From Negaprion brevirostris (lineage: Eukaryota), in assembly GCA_030324005.1 (NCBI GenBank), contig JARDVH010000073.1, forward strand, positions 56,226,870 through 56,290,869: a stretch of DNA of 64,000 bases, in the 5' to 3' direction. This document shows positions 1 to 13,599 of the stretch, in pieces. Position 1 is the first letter of the stretch. Each line of letters begins with the position of its first letter. A program made the position numbers and the translations under genes. The notes beneath the pieces are model-generated. The model did no database searches. It saw only the letters and a program-made list of their open reading frames with translations, and was not told the origin of the DNA.

Positions 1-159
1 CTGCTATGTCGGAGCGAGGAAATCATATATCCTGAGCTCACGTAGCACAAGAGATCTGCACGTGCGCAATGGCACCCTGTGTTGCTATCAGCTGGCCTTC
101 TGCCAAACTAGACTCCACCCCCCGGTGGCCTGCAACTATATCACTTGATCACAAGACCA

Positions 160-320
160 TCTTGACCTGGAACTATATCACTTGTCCCTTTACTGTTAAA
201 ATCCTGAAGCTCCCTCCCTAACAACAATAGTGGTGGACCACAACATAGGGGCTATAATGGTTCAAGAAGGCAATTACCATCACCTTCTCAAGGACAATCA
301 GAACTGAAGATGAATGCTGA
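160..320 (+). mobile_element. Degraded CR1-type LINE 3' end fragment
   Basis: 'aaaatcctgaagctccctccctaacaac...ggttcaagaaggcaattaccatcaccttctcaaggacaat' is related to the reverse complement of the 3' ends seen at ~39510-39660 and ~56110-56220. Confidence 0.55.
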
Positions 321-518
321 ATTTATCTCATTATGCAATTATATCTGTTCACACTACCTGTCTACAAAATTGTGTTTCCTGTTTTTAAACTTTTGTCACT
401 TCTTTGGCTCAATTTTTCCATTTCCAAAGATTCTAATACCCACCTTTATAATGAAATTACTCATCAAATAATTTCACAACTTCATCATTAATAAATGCTG
501 TAAAAAAAATCACTCAAA

Positions 519-636
519 GGATGGGATTTTCCAGCCATGCTCGCTGCAAGGCCAGACAATCCCACCTGAGATCAATGTGACCTTTGTATGGTCCCACTAT
601 GATTCCCATGGCAGGCAGGATGGGAAAATTCCACCC
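519..636. mobile_element. Harbinger-type MITE (~118 bp)
   Basis: Imperfect TIRs GGATGGGATTTTCC / GGAAAATTCCACCC and a 3-bp flank duplication aaa/aaa. The TIR resembles that of 30449-31407. Confidence 0.65.
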
Positions 637-1372
637 AAAATACTTTGAGAAAAAATTTAGGCACTATTTTTCCTCTGAAACTGAAATTTCTGTGCACCTA
701 TGGCTTCGGACAAAGTAAAACATTGAACAATCCATTTACATCCAAACAACATGATTGCATTTATTCACTGTACAATGTTTTGCAACACTAAACACTTTAA
801 AAATCTTATCATCTGCAGAAAACTTGGGTTGCAATTGGTACTTTTGGCCTCAGCTAAGGTACAACGTGAACTTAATCTGGATTGCATACTGTATGGACAC
901 GTGTTGGTGTCTAACTTCCTAGAATTTAATAGCACAGCTCAGTGAGTTGTACTAACGCAACGTTTTTTTCCCCCTTTGCCCTCAGCAAGAGAAATAATGC
1001 CGCAATTTATTTCAGACTGCTTCCAGCAACTTAATTTAGTGGATCTTCCATTTTAGTGTCTTGCAAACTTTCCAATTTCATTACATTCTAATGGCTCGTG
1101 AGGAAATGTCTATTCCATTTATTCTCATGCCATAAAAAGGGTATGTGCAGCTTCAACTCAAAAAGTGCACAAGCAATATATAAATTCCGGTATTACTGAT
1201 ATTCACATCAAAAAGGTTTTCTTTTTCCTTCTTACCATCATATCTGTAGCAGGAGATACAGCAATCCCTATTTCTGAGATTATTAAAATAGGGATCATAA
1301 TGTGCCTTATATATATTAAAGGTATCACAGTGTGCCTCACTTATATATCATACAAAGATATTGTCTGTATAA

Positions 1373-1540
1373 TTTGATTTGATTTATTATTATCACATGT
1401 ATTAGCATACAGTGAAAAGTATTGTTTCTTGCGAGCTATATAGACAAAGCATATCATTCATAGAAAAGGAAATGAGAGAGTGGAGAATGTAGTGTTACAG
1501 TCATAGCTAGGATGTAAAGAAAGATCAATTTAATGCGAGG
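1373..1540 (-). mobile_element. 3' tail of Rex1/Babar-like LINE
   Basis: Closely matches 46830-46965 (tttgatttgatttattatt...catacagtgaaaagtattgtttctt...gaatgtagt) with a short (atttg)n tail. Confidence 0.7.
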
Positions 1541-2273
1541 TATACAGATAATATAGTCATGTTTGAACAAGGGTTATAGAGTTAAACTGTATTTTTGTAT
1601 TTTCTTGTGAATTTTGGCCGACAGACAATTCATCCCTAAAATGGCAAGTAAGTTTAATTAGACAGCCCACATACTTTTGGAACAATGTAGCATAGAGCAT
1701 ATACCCTATTATCAGGAGTAGCTATAGGCAACCAAGGTTACTAATATGAATAGAAGGATTCAGCTCTTAGCTGTAATAATAGCTGCAATTCAACCTCTGC
1801 TGATAAAGGGACAGAAAACAGCCCAGAGAAGATAACTCCCTTCTAGTTCTCAGGATTGCAGGTGTTAGGGGTGATCCTTGAACTTATTGGATTTGCATAA
1901 GTAAGGTTACTAGGCAACGGGGGAAAGAACTAGGTTCAGTTGACTGAAGAATTCATAATTCTGCCGATAGGTGGAATGCTATTGGCCAAAGTAAATATAG
2001 TGTATTAATGTAATTAGACCATCAGCTTAGGTGACAGGTTGGGTGGGAGGGTCAAGTCTTCAGAAACATACATAAAAACAAACATCTGTTATGCTCATAT
2101 GTAATGTCAGAGGGAGGTTAGAATCCTCTGACCATCTCTCTCCCAATGTCAAATTAAAACGTTTTTAATGGCATATTGTCTTTTCCATGTCATTGTGTTA
2201 ACCTAAGATCAGCTAAATGCAAGACCCCCCCAGAGAAAGTTCCAGGAAAATCCCCTTACAATCCACCCCCCTG

Positions 2274-2422
2274 ACATAGTCCCTTGCAGAGGAAAGCCCA
2301 TCTGCATTGTCCAGGCAGGAGGGAATTGCATAGTCTCTTGCAGAGGAAAGACGATCAGCATTGCACCTCTCCCACCCCAGACATCGTCTTTGCTGAGTTA
2401 ACCCAATCAGCACCCTTGCAGA
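2274..2422 (+). repeat. Degenerate ~55-bp direct repeat next to a gap
   Basis: catagtcccttgcagaggaaagcccatctgcattg / catagtctcttgcagaggaaagacgatcagcattg, plus a partial cccttgcagag. Confidence 0.6.
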
Positions 2423-2912
2423 GTATATCTNNNNNNNNNNNNNNNNNNNNNNNNNNNNNNNNNNNNNNNNNNNNNNNNNNNNNNNNNNNNNNNNNNNNNN
2501 NNNNNNNNNNNNNNNNNNNNNNNNNNNNNNGTATATCTTATCCCCCCAACCTCCCATTAAAACCAAGCAGCTTCTACATTATTCTCCCTGAAATTGACTT
2601 AATGAGCACATGAGTGGCCCAAACCGACTGCAGCTGGACTCCCTTAATAAGGTAGAGCTCTATATAAGCTGGAAGGATGCTCACACAGGCAGTCATGCCA
2701 GGAAGATGACATAGAGAAGAAGCACACCAAGTTGCAGATGCAGATCAGGCACAGCTGCTGGAGGCAGGAGAGGAGAGGAGAGGCGAGGCGAGGCGCAACT
2801 TGCCTTACCCCAACAAAGGTTGTGGGCCCTGGGGTCGGTCAGCCAATGTAGCCTAGGAAGCTGTGGCTGTAAGTGCCTATATACTGGCATGTAGGATCAG
2901 CAACCAGTGCTG

Positions 2913-3200
2913 GGGAAGGTGATGGCCTAGTGGTATTATTGCTAGACTATTAATCCAGAAACTCAGCTAATGTTCTGGGGAAACTGGGTTCAAATCCCAC
3001 CACAGCAGGTGGAGGAATTTGAATTCAATCAAAAATATCTGGAATTAAGAGTCTATTGATGACCATGAAATCATTGTCAATCGTCAAGAAAAATCCATCC
3101 GGTTCACGAATGTTCTTTGGGGAAGGAAACCTGCTGTCCTTACCTGGTCTGGCCTATACGTGACTCCAGAGCCACAGCAATGTGGTTGACTCTCATTAAC
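2913..3200 (+). mobile_element. tRNA-headed SINE-like repeat
   Basis: A-box-like tggcctagtgg and B-box-like gggttcaaatccc, followed by a body I recognise as a common shark repeat; related reverse-strand text near 44470-44540. Confidence 0.6.
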
Positions 3201-3679
3201 ACTGCAAAGTTACGGTGAAATTCCACTTTGGCACCTGTTCGAGATTGGCCTAGTGCTTCATGTCGTTAGTGTGTGCCTAAACTGGACNNNNNNNNNNNNN
3301 NNNNNNNNNNNNNNNNNNNNNNNNNNNNNNNNNNNNNNNNNNNNNNNNNNNNNNNNNNNNNNNNNNNNNNNNNNNNNNNNNNNNNNNCAATGAATGAATA
3401 TAAAAAGGAATTAAATGAATGACCTCCTTCAGGCAAAAGGGTGCATGTCCATTCCATTCTGAAAGCAGTTCCATGTATAGTGCCTGCAGACACCCAATGG
3501 CCTTCCACGTCTTGACTCTCTCTAGGTGATACCACCAATTCCCATAGCATCCCCATTCACAACCCAGAATGGAGAGGAACAGCCCTAATACACGCCATCC
3601 GGGTGCCCCCATCCCCAACACACTCTACAACCCGTGCACTTCCATACATCATGATTTCAATTCCCTCTTAAGTCTTCAC

Positions 3680-4152
3680 AGGAGAAGTAGAAATGGTCAA
3701 GAGCTTCAAGTTTTTAGATGTCCAGATGACCAACAACCTGACCTGGTCTTCGCATGCCAACACTACAGTTAAGAAAGCTCACCAATGCCTGATTCCTCAG
3801 AAGACTAAGGAAATTTGGCATGTCAGCTACGACTCCCACCAACTTTTACAAGACAGCAAGAAACCACAACAGGTTGTGAATGTAGCCCAATTCATCACCC
3901 AAACCAGCCTTCCATCCATTAACTCTGTCTGGACTTCCCTCTGCCACAGTAAAGCAGCCAGTATAATTAAGGATGCTATGCACCCCAGACGTTCTCACTT
4001 CCACCTTCTTCTGTCAGGGAAAAAGATAGAAAAGTCTGAGGTCATGTACCAACTGACTCAAGAACAGCTTCTTCACTGCTGCCACCAGACTTTTGAATAG
4101 ACCTATATTGCATTAAGTTGATCTTTCTCTACACTTAGCTATGGCTGTGATG
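3680..4152 (+). mobile_element. Rex1/Babar-like LINE 3' fragment, decayed
   Basis: VKSFKFLDVQMTNNLTWSSHANTTVKKAHQ and KAASIIKDAMHP motifs of the RT C-terminal region; 3' part matches 50570-50850. Confidence 0.75.
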
Positions 4153-5039
4153 TAGGGGGGCTNNNNNNNNNNNNNNNNNNNNNNNNNNNNNNNNNNNNNN
4201 NNNNNNNNNNNNNNNNNNNNNNNNNNNNNNNNNNNNNNNNNNNNNNNNNNNNNNNNNNNNNNNNNNNNNNNNNNNNNNNNNNNNNNNNNNNNNNNNNNNN
4301 NNNNNNNNNNNNNNNNNNNNNNNNNNNNAGAAACGCCTGTCCGCGCCCCTCACTGTGGAGTGAGGGACTGAAACTTCAGTCAGTGACAAAATACAGCAGG
4401 GCCTGGTGGGAGAGTTAAGAAACAATAGATTCACTGAGAATAGTAATGCAGTGATTAGCAGTGATTAGGAACAAAATGGCTACCAATGCTGGCCTTATGA
4501 ATAGGTTCATACAATTCCAAAAGATAACGCAGGTGGCAAGCAGACATAAAGAATTTCTCAGGGTCGTACAAGTCATGTGCGTTCAATTCATTAGGAATCA
4601 TTCTCCCATTTCACTGTCCAGCATCCCATATGGCTGGGCAGGAGAAGGAAGGTAGAGTCTGTAATTAATGACAAATGAAAAATGAAATCCCATGAGGTCA
4701 GGACATGTATTGTCATTGGCTGGAACTAATGACAGGATAGATATTGACTCATTTGTATCAATGTTTACTGGATAATACCCACCAAAGAGGACAATCTGAT
4801 TTTGAGAATGTATAATTGCCTTCACAGTGGTATTATTCTTCAGACTGATATCCAGCTGCCCGCGTTCTACACATTGAGTGCAGGGTTTCCTCATATTATT
4901 CTCCCAATCGATCGTTTAGATAAGGTCACATCTTCAACATCAGTACACTACATTTTGAGTCGCTGTATTAGCTTAAGTCTGAGCAAATACATAGCCTCAA
5001 GAGGAAACTCCCATCTACAAATTTGTAACACTACAAAGC

Positions 5040-7953
5040 CCTAAAGAATCCTGTGAGGTCAGTACCAATGATCTGGCACAGGCTTCCACCACACAATCCA
5101 CCAATGCAGATACTATCACCATGGTGGGACATAGTATTGGTGAGGCTTCTGGGTCATTTACTGGGGCGCTTAGCACAGCAGTTGATGCACATCGGGTGGA
5201 GGCAGGAACGTCCAAGGACTCAAGCACACGCAAGTCTGCTGGAGGCAAAGATTCAACTGGCTCCAAGCCAGATGCCAGATTTCTGGAATCAGTCGTCCTG
5301 AAGCTGCTAGAGATACATTAGCAGAACCGGGTAATGGCGGAAGAGTTATCAGCAACCGTGCAGAAACTGCAAGGCTGTTTGGAGGAATCCAACAGGAGGT
5401 GGTGCTTGCACAGTGTAGTACCAAGGCTAACACTGCAATGGTGGTGCCCACAATGTAAAGTCTGGATCAGGAAGTTGTCCCCATAGGTGACAGGGTGCAG
5501 GTCATCCTCGAAACTCAGCAGGTCAGGGTGGAAACACAGATGGCCATGGCTGGGGTTCTCGCAGTCATTCTGGGGACACAGCAGACTGGCTGTGGACTTC
5601 AACAATTTAGCACGGGCTCATGGAGCTCATGCAAAGGGGCTCCAGAGCTTGGCCCAGTCTCTGAAAACCAGCACTGAGGGATCACACACCATGGGACAAA
5701 CACATCTGGGCCTCCAGGACTGGCAGNNNNNNNNNNNNNNNNNNNNNNNNNNNNNNNNNNNNNNNNNNNNNNNNNNNNNNNNNNNNNNNNNNNNNNNNNN
5801 NNNNNNNNNNNNNNNNNNNNNNNNNNCTCCCATCAGAAAATCACTGGCCTTCCCATCTCCCAGTGCCCCAGACATCACTGTAACTGCAGGCTGTTTAGGG
5901 GAGTCAAGCAGAACACTGCTGCAGGAGGTTGTGCCAACACAGCGTGGGAACCAGGCCAACACCACTAGGGTGGCAACCGCAGTGGAAGGTCTAGCACAGG
6001 GATCTGGCATCATGGGTGATCTAGGCCATACTGAATATACAATGGTCCGTGGCCACGCATGTCGAGGGCAATTTGGAGACACTGCTGGCCATGGTTGGGA
6101 CTCTCACTCGCGTTCTGGAGACACAGCAGGCCGTGTCTGTGAGCCTCGACAGGCTCAGGTTCAGGGATTAATGCTGAGGGGCTTCAGAGCCTGGCTTCCC
6201 CACTGAATTCTGTAGCAGAGGGACTCCAGAGCTTGGCCCAGTCTCAGAGGGCTGAAGGATCACACATCATGGAGCAGAGTCATCTAGGCCACTAGAACTG
6301 GCAGAGCCAAGTGACGCCGGAACTTCTGGAGCTCAGTCCAGCTACCCTGGCATCCCATGGAGTGTCTCTGGGGCCAATGGGCACCCTGAGGGAGGAGGAA
6401 GGGCTGGACTCATACGAGGCCTTCCAGCCAGGGGATCCCAGACATCCCCAGACTTTCCGATTCCCCCCTTCCTCATACAGAAGCATCTCACAGGCAGTGG
6501 GATGAACAGGGTGGCACAGCTGCATCATCTGCCAGTCAGTCAGGCCCTCCATCCCAGGCTGCCTACTCCAGTGACTAGTGCCCTATGATTGGACATTGGT
6601 AACCTGACACCATCCAGGATGCAATGCATCATCTCAATGGGTTGCCTATCGCTGACATCCTGGCTATGGCAGGCAGGAAGAGCATATACGTAGGTGTGCG
6701 GGAGCACCCATTGCAGACCCTTGAGCCATTGACATGAGTTCTACCATTGCATTACCTTTCAGGCATATGTTGCAATTCAGTCACACGAGGCAGAGGCATC
6801 CTCCTGACTATCACAAGATGGATTCCCATTCAAAGCAGGACTGCTGCATCCATGCAGTATGAGGAGCTGTGTTAACACCTGGTGAACTCCCTTGCTTGGG
6901 GCAGCAGCTGCCAGATCTGTTGCCTGTTACTGTTAGTGGGACCTGGTTCTAAGTTCTGGAGTCAGCCACAGTGCATGTTCAGCAGGCGAATAGCTGGGAA
7001 GCAGGTCAATAATCGTGGAATGGGTGGTGGAAATTGTGTGACATCTCACAGATCTTTCTGTGGCCAGGGTATTGCACCAAATAGAAGTCTGTGGACAGCA
7101 TCCCCCCACCCAGCCCCTCCCACCGACCTGCAGAGACCTCAAGTGGCACATCGGTGCTCTTCCCCCACCCCCACCTCATCCAGAATCCCAGCACCTATTG
7201 GGGTCTCCCACCTCACCTCACAGCCAGGACAATGCAACATCTCTGGGTCTGGGACAGAAACCCCAGCAACCATTGCAGACCCCCTCCACCACCAACCCCC
7301 TCCCCCCCCGGCCACCCACACACCCCACCCCCCACCACCTCACCCACAGCCAGAACAATGCANNNNNNNNNNNNNNNNNNNNNNNNNNNNNNNNNNNNNN
7401 NNNNNNNNNNNNNNNNNNNNNNNNNNNNNNNNNNNNNNNNNNNNNNNNNNNNNNNNNNNNNNCCCTGGGCCTGGGAATAGCAGATCCCCAACCTGCACAG
7501 CCCTTAAGTGGTACATTGACCATTCTCCCCACCCCACAAAATCCCAGCATCCGTGAATCCTCCACCTCATCCACCACAAGCAAGTTTGCAGCAGCTGGGT
7601 TCCCCCCCAACACCCCTTCACTCTGGGGGCTGCAGCTCCATTCAACCTATCTCCTCACTCCTCTTCACTGCTGTCACACCAGAGCCAGACTTTTATGGAT
7701 CAGTTGTAAATGACACCAGCCTGACATCACGCTGGACGGTGGGAAAACACAAAGGAGGGTGAAAATGCTGAACTGAACTTGTTAATGAGGTGAAAGGTAT
7801 GTGCTGCCCATTTCTGGCACCGACCCAATTGTGCTGAAAGAAAAAGGCCTGGGCAACTCATGGGGGGGTGCATTCCATGTTTTTGGCCTATCACTTAAAT
7901 TTCCCAGCCCGCTACACTACTTGATCAGCACTGCAGACTGGCAAAATCACTTC
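5040..7953 (+). mobile_element. Fragmented Harbinger-derived sequence: Myb-like gene 3' exon pieces (5040-6560), possible transposase remnant on minus, GC-rich subterminal region and terminus
   Basis: 5100-5250 and 6290-6550 resemble 23910-24030 and 24620-24880. 5635-5726 recurs, diverged, at 6220-6305. Terminus-like ggcaaaatcacttcc at ~7940-7953. Confidence 0.55.
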
Positions 7954-8065
7954 CATAGTTTATCCACAAGAATACAATCAGGTCAAGGATCAAATTTTAT
8001 ATCAAGGTTATTCAAGGAGGTTATGGATAGCTTAGGAATAAAACAATTTAAATCAACTGCACACC
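7954..8065 (+). mobile_element. Gypsy LTR-retrotransposon integrase core fragment
   Basis: LSTRIQSGQGSNFISRLFKEVMDSLGIKQFKSTAH matches the rve pattern I.SDQG.NF.S..F......LGI....S..YH. Confidence 0.75.
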
Positions 8066-9506
8066 GTATAAAATTGCGGAGAACATTAAGAGCAGTCGCA
8101 TCCAATTCGATCACTAGCCAGCAAAGCAACCCTGCATTGCTGCCCCTCTGATCCTCNNNNNNNNNNNNNNNNNNNNNNNNNNNNNNNNNNNNNNNNNNNN
8201 NNNNNNNNNNNNNNNNNNNNNNNNNNNNNNNNNNNNNNNNNNNNNNNNNNNNNNNNNNNNNNNNNNNNNNNNNNNNNNNNNNNNNNNNNNNNNNNNNNNN
8301 NNNNNNNNNNNNNNNNNNNNNNNNNNNNNNNNNNNNNNTCTCCTCCACCTGTGACCCCACTGCAGAGCGTGACCCATCACTTATCTCCCCTCATGAGCCC
8401 CACCCTCTGACCCCACTCCTTGGCACTGTCCGACAAATACTAGAGGGCCTGGAGACTTCAGTCCCAGGCCAGCTAATGGGATTGAAATTAAAAGAGCTGA
8501 CGACGCCAAAAAACTTGGAGTTGAAGATGCCTTGAAGCCATGAGTCTAAGTGGCCTCCACTGATGTCTCCCGGCATGCTGCGCTGATACAGCAGAGCAGC
8601 GAGTTGGGAGAATCACTCCCATGATGACTAAGTGGTTGGGATTGAGTCATGAAAAAATAGAGGCCCAATAGCACTTTTCTCTTGTTAAAATTCCTTGTGA
8701 CTGACAAATATAATTTTAAATAAGCAAAGAAAGCAAAGAGTGTGCAACATTTGTGTTCTATTTCCTATGCAGTTTTAACAATCTTGCTGTATACTTTTCA
8801 GAATTCTGTCAAAACCTAAGAAAACATGAAACATTATGGCAGCTGTGCAACTAGTTTACTGAATAATAAAACAATGCCTGATTTGCCCAAATTAATATTC
8901 ATGTTATATTTATACTTCCACATCATTCATATTTTATATATGAACAGTCTTACCTTTCATATTCTATTTATTGTGGCTTTGCTCATAATTAAGAGCATGT
9001 CACTGACCAGGGATGCAACTCCTTCATCCCTACATCATTGAGCAAATCCTCATGGCAATTGAAGGAGTGTAGGAAACTTAATAAAACAGATCCATTATCG
9101 CTGTCAAATACCAGATAAGCTATTCCAAGGCTCACCCCATCTTTCACACTAACCTGTTTTGTTTATCCAATTTTTTCTTGTTCCCTGAGGGCATTTCTGT
9201 GACAGTTCATGGGTTTTAGGCACTCTACAGCAGTGGTTCCCAACCAATGTGCCGTGAAGACTCCACACGAGAAGTGATACAAAATTCATGTAATTAACTA
9301 AAACTAACCTTCCTCTTTAGTTCTGTGCTTTGCATCTCCAAAACCCAACAAATCTTGGGCTGCCTGTGTTTGCACAGGCTGGAAAAGAGCCGCACATGCA
9401 TTACATGTTTTACGCACATGAATTGGAGCTGAAGACAAAGGTCCCATGCACCTGCACAAAAAGCGGAAACTCAAAAAGGGTGTAAAAATCCTGGGAAAAG
9501 TGAGAG

Positions 9507-9699
9507 ATGATGTGGAGATGCCGGCGTTGGACTGGGGTAAACACAGTCAGAAGTCTCACAACACCAGGTTAAATTCCAACAGGTTTATTTGATAGTAAAC
9601 GCTTCGTCCTGATGAAGGAACAGCGTGTTCTGAAAGCTTGTGGCATTTGCTATCAAATAAACCTGTTGGACTTCAATCTGGTGTTGTGAGACTTCTTAC
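9507..9699. mobile_element. Short palindromic Penelope-type element, copy 1, nested in the hAT element
   Basis: ~54-bp inverted arms 9546-9599 / 9646-9699. The unique head atgatgtggagatgccggcgttggactggggtaaacacagt is the exact reverse complement of the end of copy 2 at ~32561-32601. Confidence 0.75.
9606..9643 (+). ncRNA. Minimal hammerhead-ribozyme-like motif
   Basis: CTGATGA (9609-9615), an extra A, stem II GGAACA-gcg-TGTTCT, GAAA (9632-9635), then GCTT. Stem I is poor in this copy. Confidence 0.5.
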
Positions 9700-10345
9700 A
9701 GAAGCAAGAGAGACAGGGAGATGTTAAAAAACAAACAGGTGAGAGGACAGGGAGAAGTTAGAAATTTAGTTCCAGTAAGGGAAGAAGACAGAGAAAATGC
9801 CTCAATTTTTTCATAGTATAGAGATGTGCAATGACATATAAAAGGTCGGGAACCAGTGCTCTACAGCATGTGAATACATTTCTATGTGAAGCTAGATAGT
9901 GGGTGACTGCAAGACATTACATTTTACCTTCCACATGCTGGATCAACAGAGAGATTCTGAACTGATTGTTCTTCTCCGCAGTAACCAAACCAAATGCCTC
10001 AGCTGAGGTCAGTTAACTAAACACAGACCAGAGAAAGGCCAGTTGACTCTACAAAGAACACAAATTCATGTTTTGTCTTAGAAATTTCTAACTATCTACA
10101 TTTCTCTGTGGCCACTGACTAAAATTGCAGATACTTCGTATCCTGTTTCTCTTATGATAAATATCTAGTTTGATAAAGTGCTGGAGGGTAGGAAGAATCA
10201 AATACTGGCAGAACAAGAAAATTAATATTATGAAACCATAACACTGTCTTTAATAGAGAAATGGTAAGCTTACCTCATTAATTTTCCAGTGTTAAGCTGA
10301 AGAAATACATAATTATGAAGAATTTTCTATGATAACAAACATAAA

Positions 10346-11035
10346 GGAGGCTATCTTACCAGCTTGTCACACCGGTAAGATCGCAAGAGAGGTGACTAAA
10401 TTGCTCCATGCCTGGTTTCTCACCTCTCGCGATACAACCAGCACTGTAAAGCCAGCCTCATGCCCGGGAAGGGTGCAAGGTGATTTTAATATTTATAAGA
10501 TTACTTGAATATCATTGGTGAGTCCCGATGCTATCGTCCGGGTTCACTTGCCTTAACGACCTCAGTGGTGGAAGTCTTCACTGGTGAGAATCATGTATAG
10601 TACCCCAGCAATGGGCACCAGATATAATGGTCTCACCGGTGGGGCCAGAGATCTTTGAAGCTCCCCAGGTGGTCAGGGGAAGGGGTGAGTAGTGTCAGCA
10701 TGGCACTGCTCACTGGGCACCAGGTAGTGCCAAGGGGCAGCACTTGAAAGGGAGGCAGGTAGGGGGGGACTGAGCACTCTATAGTCAGTGATTGGCCAGG
10801 GAAGGGGGAAGCAGGCTATCAGAGCAGCAATCAACTAGGGCAGGAAAGGGGGGGTATTAGGGCAGCAGTCAACCAGGATGGGGATATCAGGGCAGCAATC
10901 AGATGGGACGGCCAGTGATAAAAGTGGGGGGGGGGNNNNNNNNNNNNNNNNNNNNNNNNNNNNNNNNNNNNNNNNNNNNNNNNNNNNNNNNNNNNNNNNN
11001 NNNNNNNNNNNNNNNNNNNNNNNNNNNNNNNNNNN

Positions 11036-11086
<51 letters not shown>

Positions 11087-11319
11087 AGAGCGAGAGACAA
11101 GGGAGTCGGGGAGTGACAGATCTCAGTGTTCTGTGTACACTTGAGAGATCAGTGCATGTGCAATGGCACCCTCTGGCTGTCAGCAGCCAGTTTTCCAGTG
11201 AGAATGGACTCCATCCTCTCCTCTTACTGGCGTGAATCACACTTTACCTCTTCTTTTGCACTAAATGGCATGAGATACCATCTCAGAGCTCACTGAGAAA
11301 AAAATGGATGCGATTCTCT
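10346..11319. mobile_element. Non-autonomous Harbinger-like element with the right end lost in a gap
   Basis: Starts ggaggctatcttacc with a subterminal hairpin (atcttacc...ggtaagat). 11225-11319 resembles 31245-31360. Confidence 0.55.
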
Positions 11320-13599
11320 NNNNNNNNNNTTTGGCAATATCATCACCATCATTCTTTCTGAATCCCAGCTGTCCTTGTTTGTAGACACTGAATTCCCTCA
11401 ATTTTTTAATATAGAGATGATTGTCTACAAACAAGATATTTATTTCAGAGGGGATAATGGAGGTGATTAAAATTCCATTGTGATATCATAGATTGAAGAC
11501 AGAATGTAGAGCACAGTAATGAATACTTCCTGCAGAAACAAATGGCAATCAATTATGTTTATACGTTATCTTAAAGACACTTAATTCAAATTATCTGATC
11601 ATTTGTATTTGTTTTTACTCCTTGTTTTCTGTATTACCGTGCATATGTTATGTTTTTGGTGATCTGGAATTTTTGATTTCCATTATAAAGGATAGATTAC
11701 AAAAGTAAATTTTGTAGGCTTCTTTAAAAGAAATGTTTACATGTCGGTGAAAAATGCTGGGGATGACATATTTTATACTTTGAATATGTAACAGCAAGAA
11801 CCGTAGAGCAAATACTGTAATCACTTAGATGGATGGACATAAATAAATTGTAGACAATGAGGCCCTTGCTATGTCCTATTTGTCCAGTTCAAGCTTCACA
11901 TAGGGACAGCCATTAAGACTTGATGGACATTGTTCAATGGTTGGTGTGTAAGAAATTAGGTCTTGAATAAACAGGTATTTTCTGCATAATAAAGAACCCT
12001 TATAGGATTTGCTCAACAGCACTCTCTCTCTCTTTTTCCAGAAAAAAGGACTTCTAAACACTTTAACTTCTAAATATTCTGTTTGCACTACCACGTTGAC
12101 ATACCTAAGCTGTTAGGATGGCTTCCTTTGCATTGCCTTATCTTGCAAGTGTTTAGAAAGGACTATGACCCTCATCATGAGGTAGACTAAAAAGGTGATC
12201 TTGAGCAGGATGAAAACAAGGAAGGTGGTAACCACCCTGACAGTTTGGATACTGTTCTGTATCCATTGGTCAGAATAATTTGGATAGATGATTTACACTG
12301 AGCAAACTATCAGCCCCCAGAAAAAAGGATATATTAACAATGCTAGAGTACAGGGATAATATACTGCCATGGGTACAAAATGGAGTGGTCCTGGCGAGAC
12401 CTTGGTGAGGTTTTGGGGTGGTTGCAGTACCTCATCAGTAGCCACCCTCTTAAGCTGGATGAGGAGAGGGAAGATGATAAGATCAACACTCTATACCAAC
12501 TGCCTATTTGTCACCCAGGATCAGTAAATTGTTCTCAACTGTTATGGGTCATTCGTTTTTTCTGTCAACTTACTTAACATATCNNNNNNNNNNATGAGTT
12601 GACAGCCTGCTTAGATATCTTGGCACCCAAAGCCAGGAAAGTGGCTGTGGATCTTAAAACGAACAATCATGGAGAAGTCTGCACAAGTAATTTCTGAATA
12701 CAACTATCCCCAGTTTCCGTTCAGCTGAGGAAATTTGTTTCAGAAGAATATCTCTTTTGTCAGGTACCATGGCAGCTGCTATGTCCCTGTCACAATGAAG
12801 TAATTCCCCAGTGAGGTGGGGGAGACTACTTCCACCATGCCGATGATCCTAGGACAGCTATAGTTTGCTAGGGTCAAGGTTGCATAGTGGACAGAAGTCC
12901 TGTCTGAGATGCCCAACAAAAGGAAAATTTGACATGAGGTGAAAGGTAATTATTTTATGTACAATGCACCTCAGTTCTGCTGGATATGCTTTTAAATTGT
13001 TTTCTTAATGTTGCAGCTGCCCCCTGATTAATTTGTATCATGGGGCAAGAAGGATAATTCTGATTTTTCCAACATAATTTTCTTTGGTATTCCTCGTTAG
13101 TCATTTCAGTGATTACCTCTGAAGAAACCTAACAAAAGTATGCTCTGCTTCTGGAATCATCAGGCCTGATTAGATCCCACCTCATCGGAGTGAAAGTAGC
13201 ACGTTTCAGGATATTCTTTACTGAGATGGGTCTGACTCAAGCTATCCATTTGGTGACCAAATCTAGTCTCAAGAATGGAAGTTTCTGTCAATTCACTGAT
13301 TACTTAGAAATTCTATTCTTTGGGGGTGAGGGGAGGCAACATCAACTCAACTTTAAGGGAAACAAAGAATCATTGACAGCAGCTTCTGAAATTCCTCATT
13401 ATTTTGCGTGCACAGTCTCCTGTGGCTGCAGTCATTTTCAATGGTGCAGTGAATGCTGACACTTTAACTGTCATTACCAACACAAAATCAGAACAAAACT
13501 TTCCATTAATTATCTTAAAAAATGGAAATGTTGCAAATAAACTGTTCCTTCAGTTTCTCATTCCCAAGATATTCTCAAAGCAAGGGGTCACCCAATTAA

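Larger units (their letters stand above)
9231..9858. mobile_element. Non-autonomous hAT (Charlie-like) DNA transposon
   Basis: TIRs CAGTGGTTCCCAACC / GGTCGGGAACCAGTG and a perfect 8-bp TSD ctctacag at 9223-9230 and 9859-9866. Confidence 0.9.

Noticed and set aside
6882-7713. Pro-rich ORFs over 200 aa
   Set aside because: C-rich low-complexity TE subterminal sequence spanning a gap; no splice or homology support.
10926-11086. Poly-G, gap, then a ~50-nt poly-C, giving poly-Pro and poly-Gly ORFs
   Set aside because: Both contig ends run into G homopolymers on their own strand; probably a sequencing or assembly artefact and not coding.
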